A stretch of 62,599 nucleotides of DNA from Candidatus Poribacteria bacterium (GCA_003635305.1 PYJE01000200.1:27171-89769), one strand, 5' to 3'. Counted from the stretch's first letter, positions 25,739 through 35,289 are shown. Translations and numbers: made by a program. The notes: generated by a model from the letters alone, not told the origin.

Positions 25739-26691
25739 AGCACCGGCTCCTCTTCACAATCCTGCGCCTTGACATAGTGTATCAACCCCGCCAACGTCTT
25801 GCCAGTATAGGTATTCTCAAGAGCGATGCCTTCTTGTTCCATCATCATTTCTACTGCGCGCATGCTTGCTTCTGTCGGAATAGCGTAACCTTTGCCGAAA
25901 TCGTGATGCCAGAGCTCAACCGGACGCGGGTTCATCAAGCCGCCATCTGTTGCGCCGACGAGACGCAAGGTCTGCCGCTCCATGCGGGCAACCGTCCACG
26001 CATTAGCGATTATCCAATCGGAGACGCGAATCCCAACGACTTGACTCCGCAACCCCGCAAGCCGCACGCCTGCTATCAAGCCTGCCATCGTGCCGCAAGT
26101 GCCGACAGGAACGAAGATAAATCGCGGTTCTGGCAAAATGTCCTCCTCAATCTGCGATTTGAGTTCCATAACCGCTGTCACGTATCCCACGGAGCCGAGG
26201 GGCGACGAACCTCCTGCGGCGATGAAATAGCGTTCCGGTCCGGTGCCCAACGCGTGCCTCGCTTTCTCATACGCATAACGCGCAAACAGAGTGTGCATAC
26301 GCCGCACCTCGTGAATCTCCGCCGCATTTTCACAAATCGTTTGGTAGTTCAACTCGGAATACTCGGTGCGCGGCTGTCGGAAAAGGAGACACGCCACGCG
26401 GAAGCCTGCCGCTTTTCCGTGAACCACCGTCGCGCGAACGTGGTTGGAACCGGTGGGCCCGATGGTGAAGAGCGTTTGGTAATTTTTCTCCCGCGCATCC
26501 GCAAAAAGATATTCCAATTTTCGCACTTTGTTGCCGCCGCCTAGCGGCCCGCTTAAATCATCGCGTTTTATCCAGAGTGAGTCAATGCCGATGGCGCGCC
26601 CTAAGCGCGGGAGACGATGCACCGGCGTTGGAAAGTTGCCGAGAGAGAGGCGTTTTTTTGTTGTTCGCATGGCGTTTTTTGTTGTTCGCAT
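25705..26691 (-). CDS. PLP-dependent D-cysteine desulfhydrase / ACC deaminase family protein
   Basis: FPTPVHRLPRLG...LWIKRDDLSGPLGGGNKVRKLEYL...GSNHVRAT. The N-terminal MRTTKNAMRTTKK is repeat-encoded, so the true start is uncertain. Confidence 0.8.
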   Translation of the reverse strand: MRTTKNAMRTTKKRLSLGNFPTPVHRLPRLGRAIGIDSLWIKRDDLSGPLGGGNKVRKLEYLFADAREKNYQTLFTIGPTGSNHVRATVVHGKAAGFRVACLLFRQPRTEYSELNYQTICENAAEIHEVRRMHTLFARYAYEKARHALGTGPERYFIAAGGSSPLGSVGYVTAVMELKSQIEEDILPEPRFIFVPVGTCGTMAGLIAGVRLAGLRSQVVGIRVSDWIIANAWTVARMERQTLRLVGATDGGLMNPRPVELWHHDFGKGYAIPTEASMRAVEMMMEQEGIALENTYTGKTLAGLIHYVKAQDCEEEPVLFWHTYGGGAT

Positions 26692-26880
26692 GGCGTTCGG
26701 ATAGGGTTTTGGATTCGATGATGTTTTCTACGTCATCCGTCATTGACGTTGTCAATGACTCCGTTCACTCATGCCGCTTTTTTGTTGTTCGCATGGCGTT
26801 CGGATAGGGTTTTGGGTTCGATGATGTTTTTGACGTAATCCGTCATTGACGTTGTCAATGACTACGTTCACTCATGTTGC
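26659..26880. repeat. 2 x 103-bp tandem leader module (minus orientation) plus a 21-bp partial unit, between the GMC stop and the dcyD-like start
   Basis: gttgttcgcatggcgttcggatagggttttgg.ttcgatgatgtttt..acgt.atccgtcattgacgttgtcaatgact.cgttcactcatg occurs at 26681 and 26784. It contains the dyad GTCATTGAC-aac-GTCAATGAC. Confidence 0.9.
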
Positions 26881-28434
26881 AATTGTCCTTACAATTTGAT
26901 GCGCGACGTAGTCTGCCAAAGCGGCGATAGTTAACGTCGGCGGCACGCCAATCGAAGCAGGAAACAGACTCGCATCGGCGACGAAGAGGTTCCGGACAGC
27001 GCGCGCTTCCCCGGAAAAAGTGACGACAGAAGTCGCCGCATCTTCGCCCATGCGGAGGGTGCCTTGCGGATGACTCGATGCCAGCATCACATCGTTCGGC
27101 ACAACCCCGCGCTGACAGATAATTTCCAAGTCTGCCTCCGTTTTGATGCGAACGTGTTGTGTGTAAGGCATCAAAATTTCTCTTGCACCCGCGGCGAATA
27201 GCAGGCGCGCGGCGTTGATTGCCCCTTCAATCAAAACCGCTTTATCCTCGCGGTTTAAGCGATACGCAATGCGCGGCGTGCCATCGCGATTGAGAGACAC
27301 GCGGCCTGATGTCTTGTCATGCAAGAGGACGAGGAGCGCGGCGATGTGCCGGTAGCGTTCCATCAATTCGCGATGGCTTTTCCCAAATCCCGGTAGACTC
27401 GCCGCGACTATCATCTGTGAGCCAAATGCCGGCATGAGAAGGTATCCGCTGTCGGTGTGAGGTGGGTTACAAACCCTGTCTGCGGTGGAGATATGCGCGC
27501 TTTGTAAGCGCGCATCTTCCACATCCAAAAACTCATCAATATAATAACTTTGCGGAATGCCGAGGTGTCCATCAATAATTTCATCAAAAATGCCGCCGAC
27601 AAACACCGCGGGATGCAGATGCAGATTACGTCCGACATGTCGGTTTAGTTCTGGCAGACGGCTTTTTAACCAGAGTTGCGGCGAATTAATCGCCCCGGCG
27701 GCTAAGACGACTGCCTTGCTGCGGATAGTTAGTTCGCCTGAGGGCAAACGCGCCGAAACGCCGACTGCTTTCCCATTTTCAACCAGCACTGCCTCGGCGA
27801 GGCAGTTGCTGTAAAGTCGCGCGCCGGCCGCAAGTGCCAACGGGATATAGGTGACAGCCATGCTTTGTTTGCCTGCAGCGCGCTTGGAAACCGCGCCTAC
27901 CGGTTCCGTGGGCGTAGAGTTTGGGCATCCAAAGAGACACCTCGCGCCGCACGCAGCGCACGCGCCGCGATTATGCCGTTGGACAGTCCCGCGCCACCCC
28001 ATCGCCTCGCAACCGCGGCGGATCACGGCATTAAGGCGGTTCACTTCAGACTCCTCAATTTGTTTAACGTTAAGCGTTTCTTCCACGCGCGCTAGAGCAG
28101 AAGAAAGTTCTGGGATACCCCATCTGTCCAATAACGGTTGCGGCGGCCGCACCGCGTAACAGAAATTATGCACCGTTGAACCGCCGACACCTCTGCCTTG
28201 CGAGATAAGAATGGCACCGTCGCGCGTCCGACGCAAGCCGCTATCCCAAAAAAGGCGGCGCAACATGTCGGGTTCATATTCGGTGAAGGTGCTCGGTTCG
28301 TGATGCTCGCCTGCCTCTAAAATGATGACAGAAATCCCAGCTTCGGCGAGCTCTTTGGCGACAACCGCGCCGCCCGCTCCGGAACCGATAACGCATACGT
28401 CGGTGGTTTCTCGCGCGTGCCTACTTTTGTTCAC
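26872..28434 (-). CDS. GMC-family FAD-dependent oxidoreductase
   Basis: DVCVIGSGAGGAVVAKELAEAGISVIILEAG FAD fold, and a C-terminal GMC block (HPQGTLRMG). The track ORF extends to 28578 but would overlap the TPR gene by 158 nt. The GTG at 28434 leaves a 14-nt overlap. Confidence 0.8.
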   Translation of the reverse strand: MNKSRHARETTDVCVIGSGAGGAVVAKELAEAGISVIILEAGEHHEPSTFTEYEPDMLRRLFWDSGLRRTRDGAILISQGRGVGGSTVHNFCYAVRPPQPLLDRWGIPELSSALARVEETLNVKQIEESEVNRLNAVIRRGCEAMGWRGTVQRHNRGACAACGARCLFGCPNSTPTEPVGAVSKRAAGKQSMAVTYIPLALAAGARLYSNCLAEAVLVENGKAVGVSARLPSGELTIRSKAVVLAAGAINSPQLWLKSRLPELNRHVGRNLHLHPAVFVGGIFDEIIDGHLGIPQSYYIDEFLDVEDARLQSAHISTADRVCNPPHTDSGYLLMPAFGSQMIVAASLPGFGKSHRELMERYRHIAALLVLLHDKTSGRVSLNRDGTPRIAYRLNREDKAVLIEGAINAARLLFAAGAREILMPYTQHVRIKTEADLEIICQRGVVPNDVMLASSHPQGTLRMGEDAATSVVTFSGEARAVRNLFVADASLFPASIGVPPTLTIAALADYVAHQIVRTIAT

Positions 28435-29584
28435 GATGTGTCTCGTTTCGTGAGCGATAGCGTTGGTAAGCCTTCGCCGCCTTCTCCTGCTCGCCGATTT
28501 GGCGATAAGCGTTCGCCAGATTTCGGTAAACTTGTGGATTATTCGGAGCCAAACGCGCCGCAGTTTCAAACTGCACAATCGCCGGCCGAGGTTTCTCCAA
28601 CATCATATAGACAACGCCGAGGCTATTCCGATACACCGCGCTTTCGGGGCGCGTTTCAACGAGATGCCCGAATACCTCACGCGCTTCAGTGTAAGTCTCC
28701 GTTTGCAGATAACTATAGCCGAGCAGTTCATACCCTTTCTCGTCGCGCGGCGCGATAGCGACACACGCCTTGAGTTCCGCGATAGCGGCATCCCACGCTT
28801 CTCTTTTGATAAGGAGCTCGGCGAGTTGATAGCGGCGTTCTAACCCCTGGGGACTATCCTGAATTGCCCGCCGAAGGCTGGCGAGTTGCTCCTCCTCTTG
28901 CGTCAGTATCTCAAAAGTGCGCAGGGCCTTCCTCCCTTTTGCAATCTCACCGGTGCGGAGATAACAGTTTCCGAGGTTAAAGTGTGCCTTCGCGTGCCGT
29001 TTTTCGCGTTGAATCACTGCTTCAAAGTGTGGCATCGCTTGCGCAAAGTCACCTTTCTGGAAATAGGCGAGCCCGAGCAGATACCGCGCCTCTGTGTCCG
29101 ATGCTTGCTTCAATTGCTGGATAGCGTCCTCAATGCGGTTTTGACGGAGGTAGGCGGTGCCGAGCAGTCTTCGCGCCCGTGGCAAATCTGGCTGCACCTG
29201 CAAGGCGCGTTCCAGCGGTGATATTGCCGCTTTCGCTTGTCCTAGTCCGCTCAGGTATGCTTCACCGAGGCGGCAGTGTGCATCGGCGAAATCTGCATCG
29301 AACCGAATAGCCGTTTGGAACGCTTGAACAGCCTTTCTCCACTGCGATTGTTGTCCGTAGCACAGCCCGAGTTGGTAGTGTGCTGCCGCGAACGATGGCT
29401 CAAGTGCTATCGCGCGCTGAAATTCGGCAAAAGCCTGCGCTGAGGAGAGTGCTTGCATCCCGGCCTGATAGGCGCGCTGCGCCTCGCTCACGTCGGCGCA
29501 GTAGACGGAACCTTCCAGTCCTGATATGGATAAGAAGACTATGAAGATAAAGCGGATAAAAGTAGTTTTCATTTTGGTGTGCAA
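28421..29584 (-). CDS. Secreted tetratricopeptide (TPR) repeat protein
   Basis: Signal peptide, then repeated A..Y..A...P....A...LG..Y 34-mers throughout. 387 aa. Confidence 0.8.
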   Translation of the reverse strand: MHTKMKTTFIRFIFIVFLSISGLEGSVYCADVSEAQRAYQAGMQALSSAQAFAEFQRAIALEPSFAAAHYQLGLCYGQQSQWRKAVQAFQTAIRFDADFADAHCRLGEAYLSGLGQAKAAISPLERALQVQPDLPRARRLLGTAYLRQNRIEDAIQQLKQASDTEARYLLGLAYFQKGDFAQAMPHFEAVIQREKRHAKAHFNLGNCYLRTGEIAKGRKALRTFEILTQEEEQLASLRRAIQDSPQGLERRYQLAELLIKREAWDAAIAELKACVAIAPRDEKGYELLGYSYLQTETYTEAREVFGHLVETRPESAVYRNSLGVVYMMLEKPRPAIVQFETAARLAPNNPQVYRNLANAYRQIGEQEKAAKAYQRYRSRNETHREQK

Positions 29585-29930
29585 TTTGCATTAGACATTA
29601 TTCTGCATTTATGATAACATATTTCTGTGCGCGTGTCAACCCTTGGGTTACTTGTATTAAGACTATTCAGTTTTCCATTTGGCACTGGCATCTCCTGCGC
29701 GGTGCTGAGCGGAACTGTCACTTTCAACAGGTCAAGGTCTGGGGATTTTGACCGGCGAAGGGGCGCGGAAATGTGAAAATTGAATCGCTCTGCACTTGTA
29801 TTTTCAAGAAAGTTTGACACCGTATTGTTTTTTGTGGTATTATTGCGGTACCGTATCGTATATAATCGGATCTCGAATCAATTCGTTCCAGTTCAACCTA
29901 ACCGTATAAAACAAAGAGGATTTAGACCTA

Positions 29931-30194
29931 ATGAAGAAAACTCCTGTATACAACCTCAAGCCTAGGAAGGAGTATTTCCGCACACCTATCCTGGAGACTC
30001 TGAAGGAGCGTGGTGGCAGAGCTCGGAGACATGACGTTTTAAACGCTCCGTTGGTTCAGGCTGCCGCAGCAAAAATGAGGGAAGATTATCGGCAGAACAT
30101 TTGGAAAGAGTACTGCGACAATATGCGCGCTAAATTGGTGGGGGAAGGCTCCTTGCGCGATAAGTCCCCTCGTGGCGTGTGGGAACTTTCATAA
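29931..30194 (+). CDS. Small winged-helix protein resembling the Mrr N-terminal DNA-binding domain
   Basis: PILETLKERGGRARRHDVLN...NMRAKLVGEGSLRDKSPRGVWELS resembles the Mrr_N pattern, which ends ..SRGVWSLT. There is no nuclease domain. Confidence 0.4.
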   Translation: MKKTPVYNLKPRKEYFRTPILETLKERGGRARRHDVLNAPLVQAAAAKMREDYRQNIWKEYCDNMRAKLVGEGSLRDKSPRGVWELS

Positions 30195-30422
30195 AAGCAG
30201 TGAACGTTTAAGGCGGCTAGTTTCACAAGGTTGAGGCTGCCTTTATCGCCGAAACGCCACCAATAGGCGAAAACCGTCGTACCGATTACGACTGAGCGCG
30301 TTGTCTAGTTTCGGAGGCGTTAAATTCGCTCTGCTAAATCGCGCGAGCAAAGGAAACTTCGGCTCGCGCGAACACGCTATAATCTTGTAAATCATGATTC
30401 AGACAGACGAAGGAGAGTCCCT

Positions 30423-31271
30423 ATGGAATTTGTTCAGTTGACAGCCGCGCAACGCCAAGAATTCAACGAAAACGGCTACCTCATCGTGCGCGAGGCGATT
30501 GATGACGAAATGATTCGCTGCCTCACCGAAACCGGCGACCGGCTCATGGAATCGTTTGAATACCACGGCTACTACGCGCATCGACGGGACGGATTGGTGC
30601 AAGAACCTGCCTTCGCGGCTCTCGCCACGCAGTCAAAAGCGGTGCCGCTCATTCTGCAACTGCTCGGCACAAATCTCCATATTACGAACACCGCGCTCAT
30701 CTATAAACATCCGCAACCCCCGGAGAAGCCTGAAAACCGCAACTGGCACCGGGATGTCGGCGTGCATTTAGATGTCGGGCACGAAGGATGTCCGCGCGTC
30801 GGATTGAAGGTAGGCTATTGCCTCACCGATTTCAGCGTGCCGAATTCCGGCGCGACATGGTTTGTGCGGGAAAGCCATACTTTCAGTGAACCATTGCGCA
30901 TCCCGGCAGGCGAGACAGATCCGCCTGTGTATGACGAGCCGCTCCTCCATGCAGGAGACGCATTCCTCTTTGAAAGCCGTATCTATCACGCCGCCGGGTT
31001 GAACTTCACCACGAACGTGTCCAAAGTTGTCATCTACGGCTACCACTATCGCTGGGTGAAACCCGACTATTACCTGCGGTATTACAACGACACGCTGCAA
31101 CCTGACGCGTCCATAGTCTCTCATCTGGATGACCTGGGTAGGCAGTTTCTCGGCGCAGCTGAAGATACGCAGGGCCGCCGGGACCTGAACGGTGTTCACT
31201 GGGCTGGCACGGAATGGGCGGCAGCGCATCAGTTGCAGTTAGAACAGGCTCCGCAAGTTGTCTTCCAATAG
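30423..31271 (+). CDS. Phytanoyl-CoA dioxygenase (PhyH) family oxygenase
   Basis: LTAAQRQEFNENGYLIVREAI, WHRDVG (HxD), and IYHAAGLN (distal His). 282 aa. Confidence 0.7.
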   Translation: MEFVQLTAAQRQEFNENGYLIVREAIDDEMIRCLTETGDRLMESFEYHGYYAHRRDGLVQEPAFAALATQSKAVPLILQLLGTNLHITNTALIYKHPQPPEKPENRNWHRDVGVHLDVGHEGCPRVGLKVGYCLTDFSVPNSGATWFVRESHTFSEPLRIPAGETDPPVYDEPLLHAGDAFLFESRIYHAAGLNFTTNVSKVVIYGYHYRWVKPDYYLRYYNDTLQPDASIVSHLDDLGRQFLGAAEDTQGRRDLNGVHWAGTEWAAAHQLQLEQAPQVVFQ

Positions 31272-31415
31272 GAACAGCACAATGCCGGTAGGCGCGGTTG
31301 CAAACCGCGCACTCTTACGAACAGCACAATTCTGGTAGGCACGGTTTGCAACCGCGCACTCTTATGGAGCAGCGCAATGCCGGTAGGCGCGGTTTCCAAC
31401 CGCGCACATCATAAC
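31272..31415. repeat. 3 x ~48-bp tandem units, each with a GGTAGGCGCGGTT..AACCGCGC REP hairpin
   Basis: gaacagcacaatgccggtaggcgcggttgcaaaccgcgcactcttac and two variants. Confidence 0.9.
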
Positions 31416-31474
31416 ACCTGTCGCGCTTGGAGAGCTCGCCTACCAGCATCCGATGCGTTCACAAAGGAGAAATT

Positions 31475-32503
31475 ATGAAAGAGAGCAGAGTCGGTATTAT
31501 CGGTTGTGGTGGCATTGCGGGCGGCAAACACCTCCCCGGCCATCAAAGCGTCAAAGGCGTTTCGATCATCGCCGCCTGTGACATTGACGAAGCGCGCGCG
31601 AAGGCGTTCGCCAAAAAGCATGAAATTCCGCACGTCTTCAGCGATTACGAAAAACTGGTGGAGATGGAAGAACTCGATGCGGTGAGCGTCTGCACGCCGA
31701 ACAATTTCCACGCCGGTCCGACTATCGCCGCGCTTAACGCGGAAAAACACGTGCTTTGCGAAAAGCCTATCGCGGGGAATGCAGTTGATGGACAAGCGAT
31801 GGTAGATGCGCAAAAAGCAAGCGGTAAAGTCCTCCAGATCGGGTTGCAATCCCGCTTCCGCGCCGCATCCCGCACGCTACGCAAACTCTACGATGAAGGC
31901 TTCTTCGGCGACATCTACTACGCTCGCGCCATGGCGATGCGGCGACGCGGTGTCCCGGCATCTCCATCGTTCTTAAGCAAAGCGATTGCCGGCGGCGGAC
32001 CGCTTATTGACATCGGCGTGCATATCCTTGATGTGCTACTTTGGATGATAGGCTGCCCAAAACCGGTTGAGGCGTTCGGGATGACAGCGAAGAAATTCGG
32101 GCATCGCGCCGATGTTATCAACCCGTGGGGCAAATGGGACCCGGAGCAATTTGAAGTGGAAGACTTCGCGATGGGAACTATCCGCTTTGAAGGCGGGCTC
32201 ACCGTCACGTTAGAGACAGCGTGGGCATCGCATATCGCGAACATCGGCGGCACCTTCTTCATGGGAGAGCTGGCGGGCGCGACTTACGAACCCCTCCAAA
32301 TCTACCTTGACAAGAAGGACGAGATGGTGAACTACACCCCTGAACTCCTCAAAGGATTGCCGGGTGAATTTGAATCGTTCCACACTGCAATCCGCGAAGG
32401 ATTGTCGTCACCGGTGCCAGCCGAAGAGGTGCTGAATGTCGCGAAAATCTTCGACGCGCTCTATGAATCGGCGAGAATCGGCCGCTCCGTGCCGATTCCG
32501 TAA
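31475..32503 (+). CDS. Gfo/Idh/MocA family oxidoreductase
   Basis: MKESRVGIIGCGGIAGGKHL after an AAAGGAG RBS, and VLCEKPIAGN. The track's start at 31427 lies inside the REP array. Confidence 0.8.
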   Translation: MKESRVGIIGCGGIAGGKHLPGHQSVKGVSIIAACDIDEARAKAFAKKHEIPHVFSDYEKLVEMEELDAVSVCTPNNFHAGPTIAALNAEKHVLCEKPIAGNAVDGQAMVDAQKASGKVLQIGLQSRFRAASRTLRKLYDEGFFGDIYYARAMAMRRRGVPASPSFLSKAIAGGGPLIDIGVHILDVLLWMIGCPKPVEAFGMTAKKFGHRADVINPWGKWDPEQFEVEDFAMGTIRFEGGLTVTLETAWASHIANIGGTFFMGELAGATYEPLQIYLDKKDEMVNYTPELLKGLPGEFESFHTAIREGLSSPVPAEEVLNVAKIFDALYESARIGRSVPIP

Positions 32504-32995
32504 GATATTCCGCGCGGCCGTTAATCCGTGCGCGCTTACAACGCGCGCCTACGGTGGGGCCGATGCCGTAAGATATTCCGCGCGGCCGTTAATCCGTGCG
32601 CGCTTACAACGCGCGCCTACGGTGATGCCGATGCCGTAAGATATCCCGCGCGGCTGTTAATTCGTGCGCGCTTACAACGCGCGCCTACGGTGATGCCGAT
32701 GCCGTAAGATATCCCGCGCGGCCGTTAATCCGTGCGCGCTTACAAAACGCGCCTACGGTGATGCCGATTACGTAAGATATCCCGCGCGGCCGTTAATCCG
32801 TGCGCGCTTACAACGCGCGCCTACGGTGATGCCGATGCCGTAAGATATCCCGCGCGGCCGTTAATCCGTGCGCGCTTACAACGCGCGCCTACGGTGATGC
32901 CGATGCCGTAAGATATCCCGCGCGGCCGTTAATCCGTGCGCGCTTACAACGCGCGCCTACGGTGGGGCCGATGCCGTAAGATATCCCGCGCGGCC
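32498..32995. repeat. 7.3 x 68-bp tandem repeat (minisatellite) with an embedded REP hairpin; not CRISPR
   Basis: Units start at 32498, 32566, 32634, 32702, 32770, 32838, 32906 and 32974. The unit is ccgtaagatat.ccgcgcggccgttaatccgtgcgcgcttacaacgcgcgcctacggtg..gccgatg. The first unit includes the stop codon of the preceding gene. Confidence 0.95.
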
Positions 32996-33074
32996 CGTAG
33001 CGCGAGGGCCCGTTCCCTCGCGTTCCCTAAACTGAATAGCACGGCGAGGGCCTGTCCCTCGCCCTACCTTCTTT

Positions 33075-33476
33075 TTAATCGGTGTTTTTCTGATAACTCG
33101 CGCGCACAACCGTTTTAATCCCACCCCGCACATTAAAATCGCCGATGACTTCCACCTCCCTCGGTTGGCATGCAGCGACGACATCTTCAAGCACCTTATT
33201 AACGACATGCTCATGAAAGATACCGACATCCCGATAGAAAAGCAGATACTCCTTCAACGATTTGAGCTCAACGCACTCCTTGTCTGGCACGTAGGTAACG
33301 CGCAGCGTCGCGAAATCGGGCAAACCTGTCTTCGGACAGACTGCGGTAAACTCTAGGTGCGTTATCTCAATCGTGTAATCGCGATGCGGATATTGGTTTT
33401 CCCAAGTCTCGAGCGGCGGCGTTTTCAGTTGACGAATATGGGTTTGCAAGTTGGCGTAGTTGGAATTTTGGGGCAT
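33075..33476 (-). CDS. queF: NADPH-dependent 7-cyano-7-deazaguanine (preQ0) reductase
   Basis: EFTAVCPKTGLPDFATLRVTYVP and ELKSLKEYLLFYRDVGIFHE signatures. 133 aa (type I QueF size). Confidence 0.9.
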   Translation of the reverse strand: MPQNSNYANLQTHIRQLKTPPLETWENQYPHRDYTIEITHLEFTAVCPKTGLPDFATLRVTYVPDKECVELKSLKEYLLFYRDVGIFHEHVVNKVLEDVVAACQPREVEVIGDFNVRGGIKTVVRASYQKNTD

Positions 33477-33696
33477 TGATGCTCCTTTTACGTTCCGTTT
33501 TTTTCATAATACCCTAGGTTCGGTTTAAAATGCAAATTTTGATAACTCTCAACCTGTTAACACATTTGAAATGTGCAGAACTTAATCAAATCAGGCTCAA
33601 TTATTTTTCTACTATCCTTTCTAGCCTGAGGTGACTCTATATAACAAAACAGACGCGAAACGCGTCCATAGCGCGTGAATGAATTAAGGAAAACAA

Positions 33697-35289
33697 ATGG
33701 AAAAACAGACTTCACTCCACAAACGCAGACGTTCCGCAAAAACTAACTGCGCACGAATCTGGTGCGCCATCCTGGGGCTTGGTATTTTTCTATCGGGATG
33801 CATGGGGACAGCGGGAGACCGGATTCATCTGTCCGTTGCCGCGGCGGAATTCACTTTTCAACGGGAGGAGATTATCACCGGCACCGCGAAACAGCAGACT
33901 GTTTTAACCGGGTTCCTGCTCGGTGGCCACGTCGCGGAAATTGTCGTGGTGAACGGCGACCGGGGTGTGCGCATCTATGCCTTTGACGAAGGCACCTGGG
34001 GGCAGAAACTTGAGGCAACGCTGCGGCCCGATGTGTTGTTCGTTGACGTGGCGAACATCGACGGGCGCGACCGGCTGATTACCTACGAACCCGGGCGGCT
34101 GAATTGGTTTGAACCCGAATCGGCGACAGAATACGCGCTGGCGGAAGTCACGTCTATCGAACCGCCGCCCGGAGGCCCACTCCCGCATGTCGACATCACT
34201 CATGACGTGAACGGGGACGGACTGGATGATCTAGTAGTGCCAGCCCTTGATGGATTCTGGATATTCGTTCAGATGAAGGACAGCGCGTTCGCTGAACCTA
34301 TGAAACTCGGCACCTCCACCGAAGAGGATAGCCTCTATGCAGTTGATGGGTATCGGCATCAACCGTGGACGCAGAGCCGCATTCACGAGATGGACTACAA
34401 TCGAGATGGACGCATTGACCTGGGATTCTGGAACGAAACCCATTTTGAGGTGCACCTCCAGAACGCGCAGGGATTGTTTAACCCGGAAGCCGAGACGTTC
34501 ACTACCGAGGTGGCGTTTGACTCCGATTTGCTATCCTCGCTTGCCGCGCCGCATGAGACTCGCCAACGACAGAAGGACCACGGCTTGACCGGAAAAATGA
34601 CGGGAAGCGTGCTGCACGCATTCACCGACATGAACGGTGACAACATCGCCGACCTCGGGGTATTCTCATTGCACGGCGACTTATGGAACATGCATGCCAC
34701 CTACGCGGTGCATTTCGGGAACCCGACACCCGATGGCGGCACCGTGTTCTCGCCTGAGGCAAGCACTGAACTCCTATCGGACGGCATTCAGTTTGGCATG
34801 GAGCAGCACGATTTTGACTTTGATGGACAGAGCGACATGATGTTCACAATCCTCAAACCGCGCGTCTTCAAGGCAATCGGCATGATTATTGACTCACTGG
34901 TAACCGGTGAGGTATCAATGGAACTCACGTTTTACCGCATGGAAAACAGCAGTTACTCGGACAAACCCACTACCTCGCGTTCTATCCGAGTCGAAACCAC
35001 CGGCAAGTCAGGAGAGAGATCGCGCTATCCATCTGTGCTCATCGGGGATGTCAACGGCGATAAACGCGCTGATTTGTTGGTGCAACACGGCGAAAAAGAG
35101 TTGCGCGTCTTTCTGGGGATGCCGGGGCCGGCGTTGTTTGCAAAGCGGCCTCAGAAGGTAAAGGTTGAGATGCCGCATGAAGAATACACATGGCTGGTAG
35201 CTCTCAACAAGGATGGCAAGCAGGACGTTCTCATGCATCATCCATCCGCTACCGAGCCGCATCGGGTAACCTTACTCATCGCCCGATGA
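33697..35289 (+). CDS. FG-GAP/VCBS-repeat lipoprotein
   Basis: Lipobox LSGC. Repeated Ca-binding DxNxDGxxD loops: DVNGDGLDDLVV, DYNRDGRIDLGF, DMNGDNIADLGV, DFDGQSDMMF and DVNGDKRADLLV. Confidence 0.75.
   Translation: MEKQTSLHKRRRSAKTNCARIWCAILGLGIFLSGCMGTAGDRIHLSVAAAEFTFQREEIITGTAKQQTVLTGFLLGGHVAEIVVVNGDRGVRIYAFDEGTWGQKLEATLRPDVLFVDVANIDGRDRLITYEPGRLNWFEPESATEYALAEVTSIEPPPGGPLPHVDITHDVNGDGLDDLVVPALDGFWIFVQMKDSAFAEPMKLGTSTEEDSLYAVDGYRHQPWTQSRIHEMDYNRDGRIDLGFWNETHFEVHLQNAQGLFNPEAETFTTEVAFDSDLLSSLAAPHETRQRQKDHGLTGKMTGSVLHAFTDMNGDNIADLGVFSLHGDLWNMHATYAVHFGNPTPDGGTVFSPEASTELLSDGIQFGMEQHDFDFDGQSDMMFTILKPRVFKAIGMIIDSLVTGEVSMELTFYRMENSSYSDKPTTSRSIRVETTGKSGERSRYPSVLIGDVNGDKRADLLVQHGEKELRVFLGMPGPALFAKRPQKVKVEMPHEEYTWLVALNKDGKQDVLMHHPSATEPHRVTLLIAR

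Noticed and set aside
25600-26544. 314-aa plus-strand ORF.
   Set aside because: It is antisense to the PLP-dependent dcyD-like gene, which has clear family motifs. Its N-terminus is encoded by the duplicated REP flank.
30215-30375. Two stem-loops (aaggcggc..gctgcctt and cgcgcgagc..gctcgcgcg) that could be a terminator or small RNA after the Mrr_N-like gene.
   Set aside because: The stems are short or imperfect with long loops and no convincing U-tract. The evidence is insufficient to call a terminator or ncRNA.
32498-32995. Possible CRISPR array: regular 68-bp periodicity with a palindromic core.
   Set aside because: The whole 68-bp unit repeats nearly identically, so there are no unique spacers. 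No cas genes or leader are present. The core is the same REP hairpin found dispersed elsewhere. I call it a minisatellite.
33477-33560. Looked for a preQ1 riboswitch in the queF leader.
   Set aside because: The ~80-nt leader shows a TTGCAT-18-TATTAT promoter-like box and an AAAGGAG RBS. I could not recognise a preQ1-I/II consensus stem-loop with an A-rich tail.
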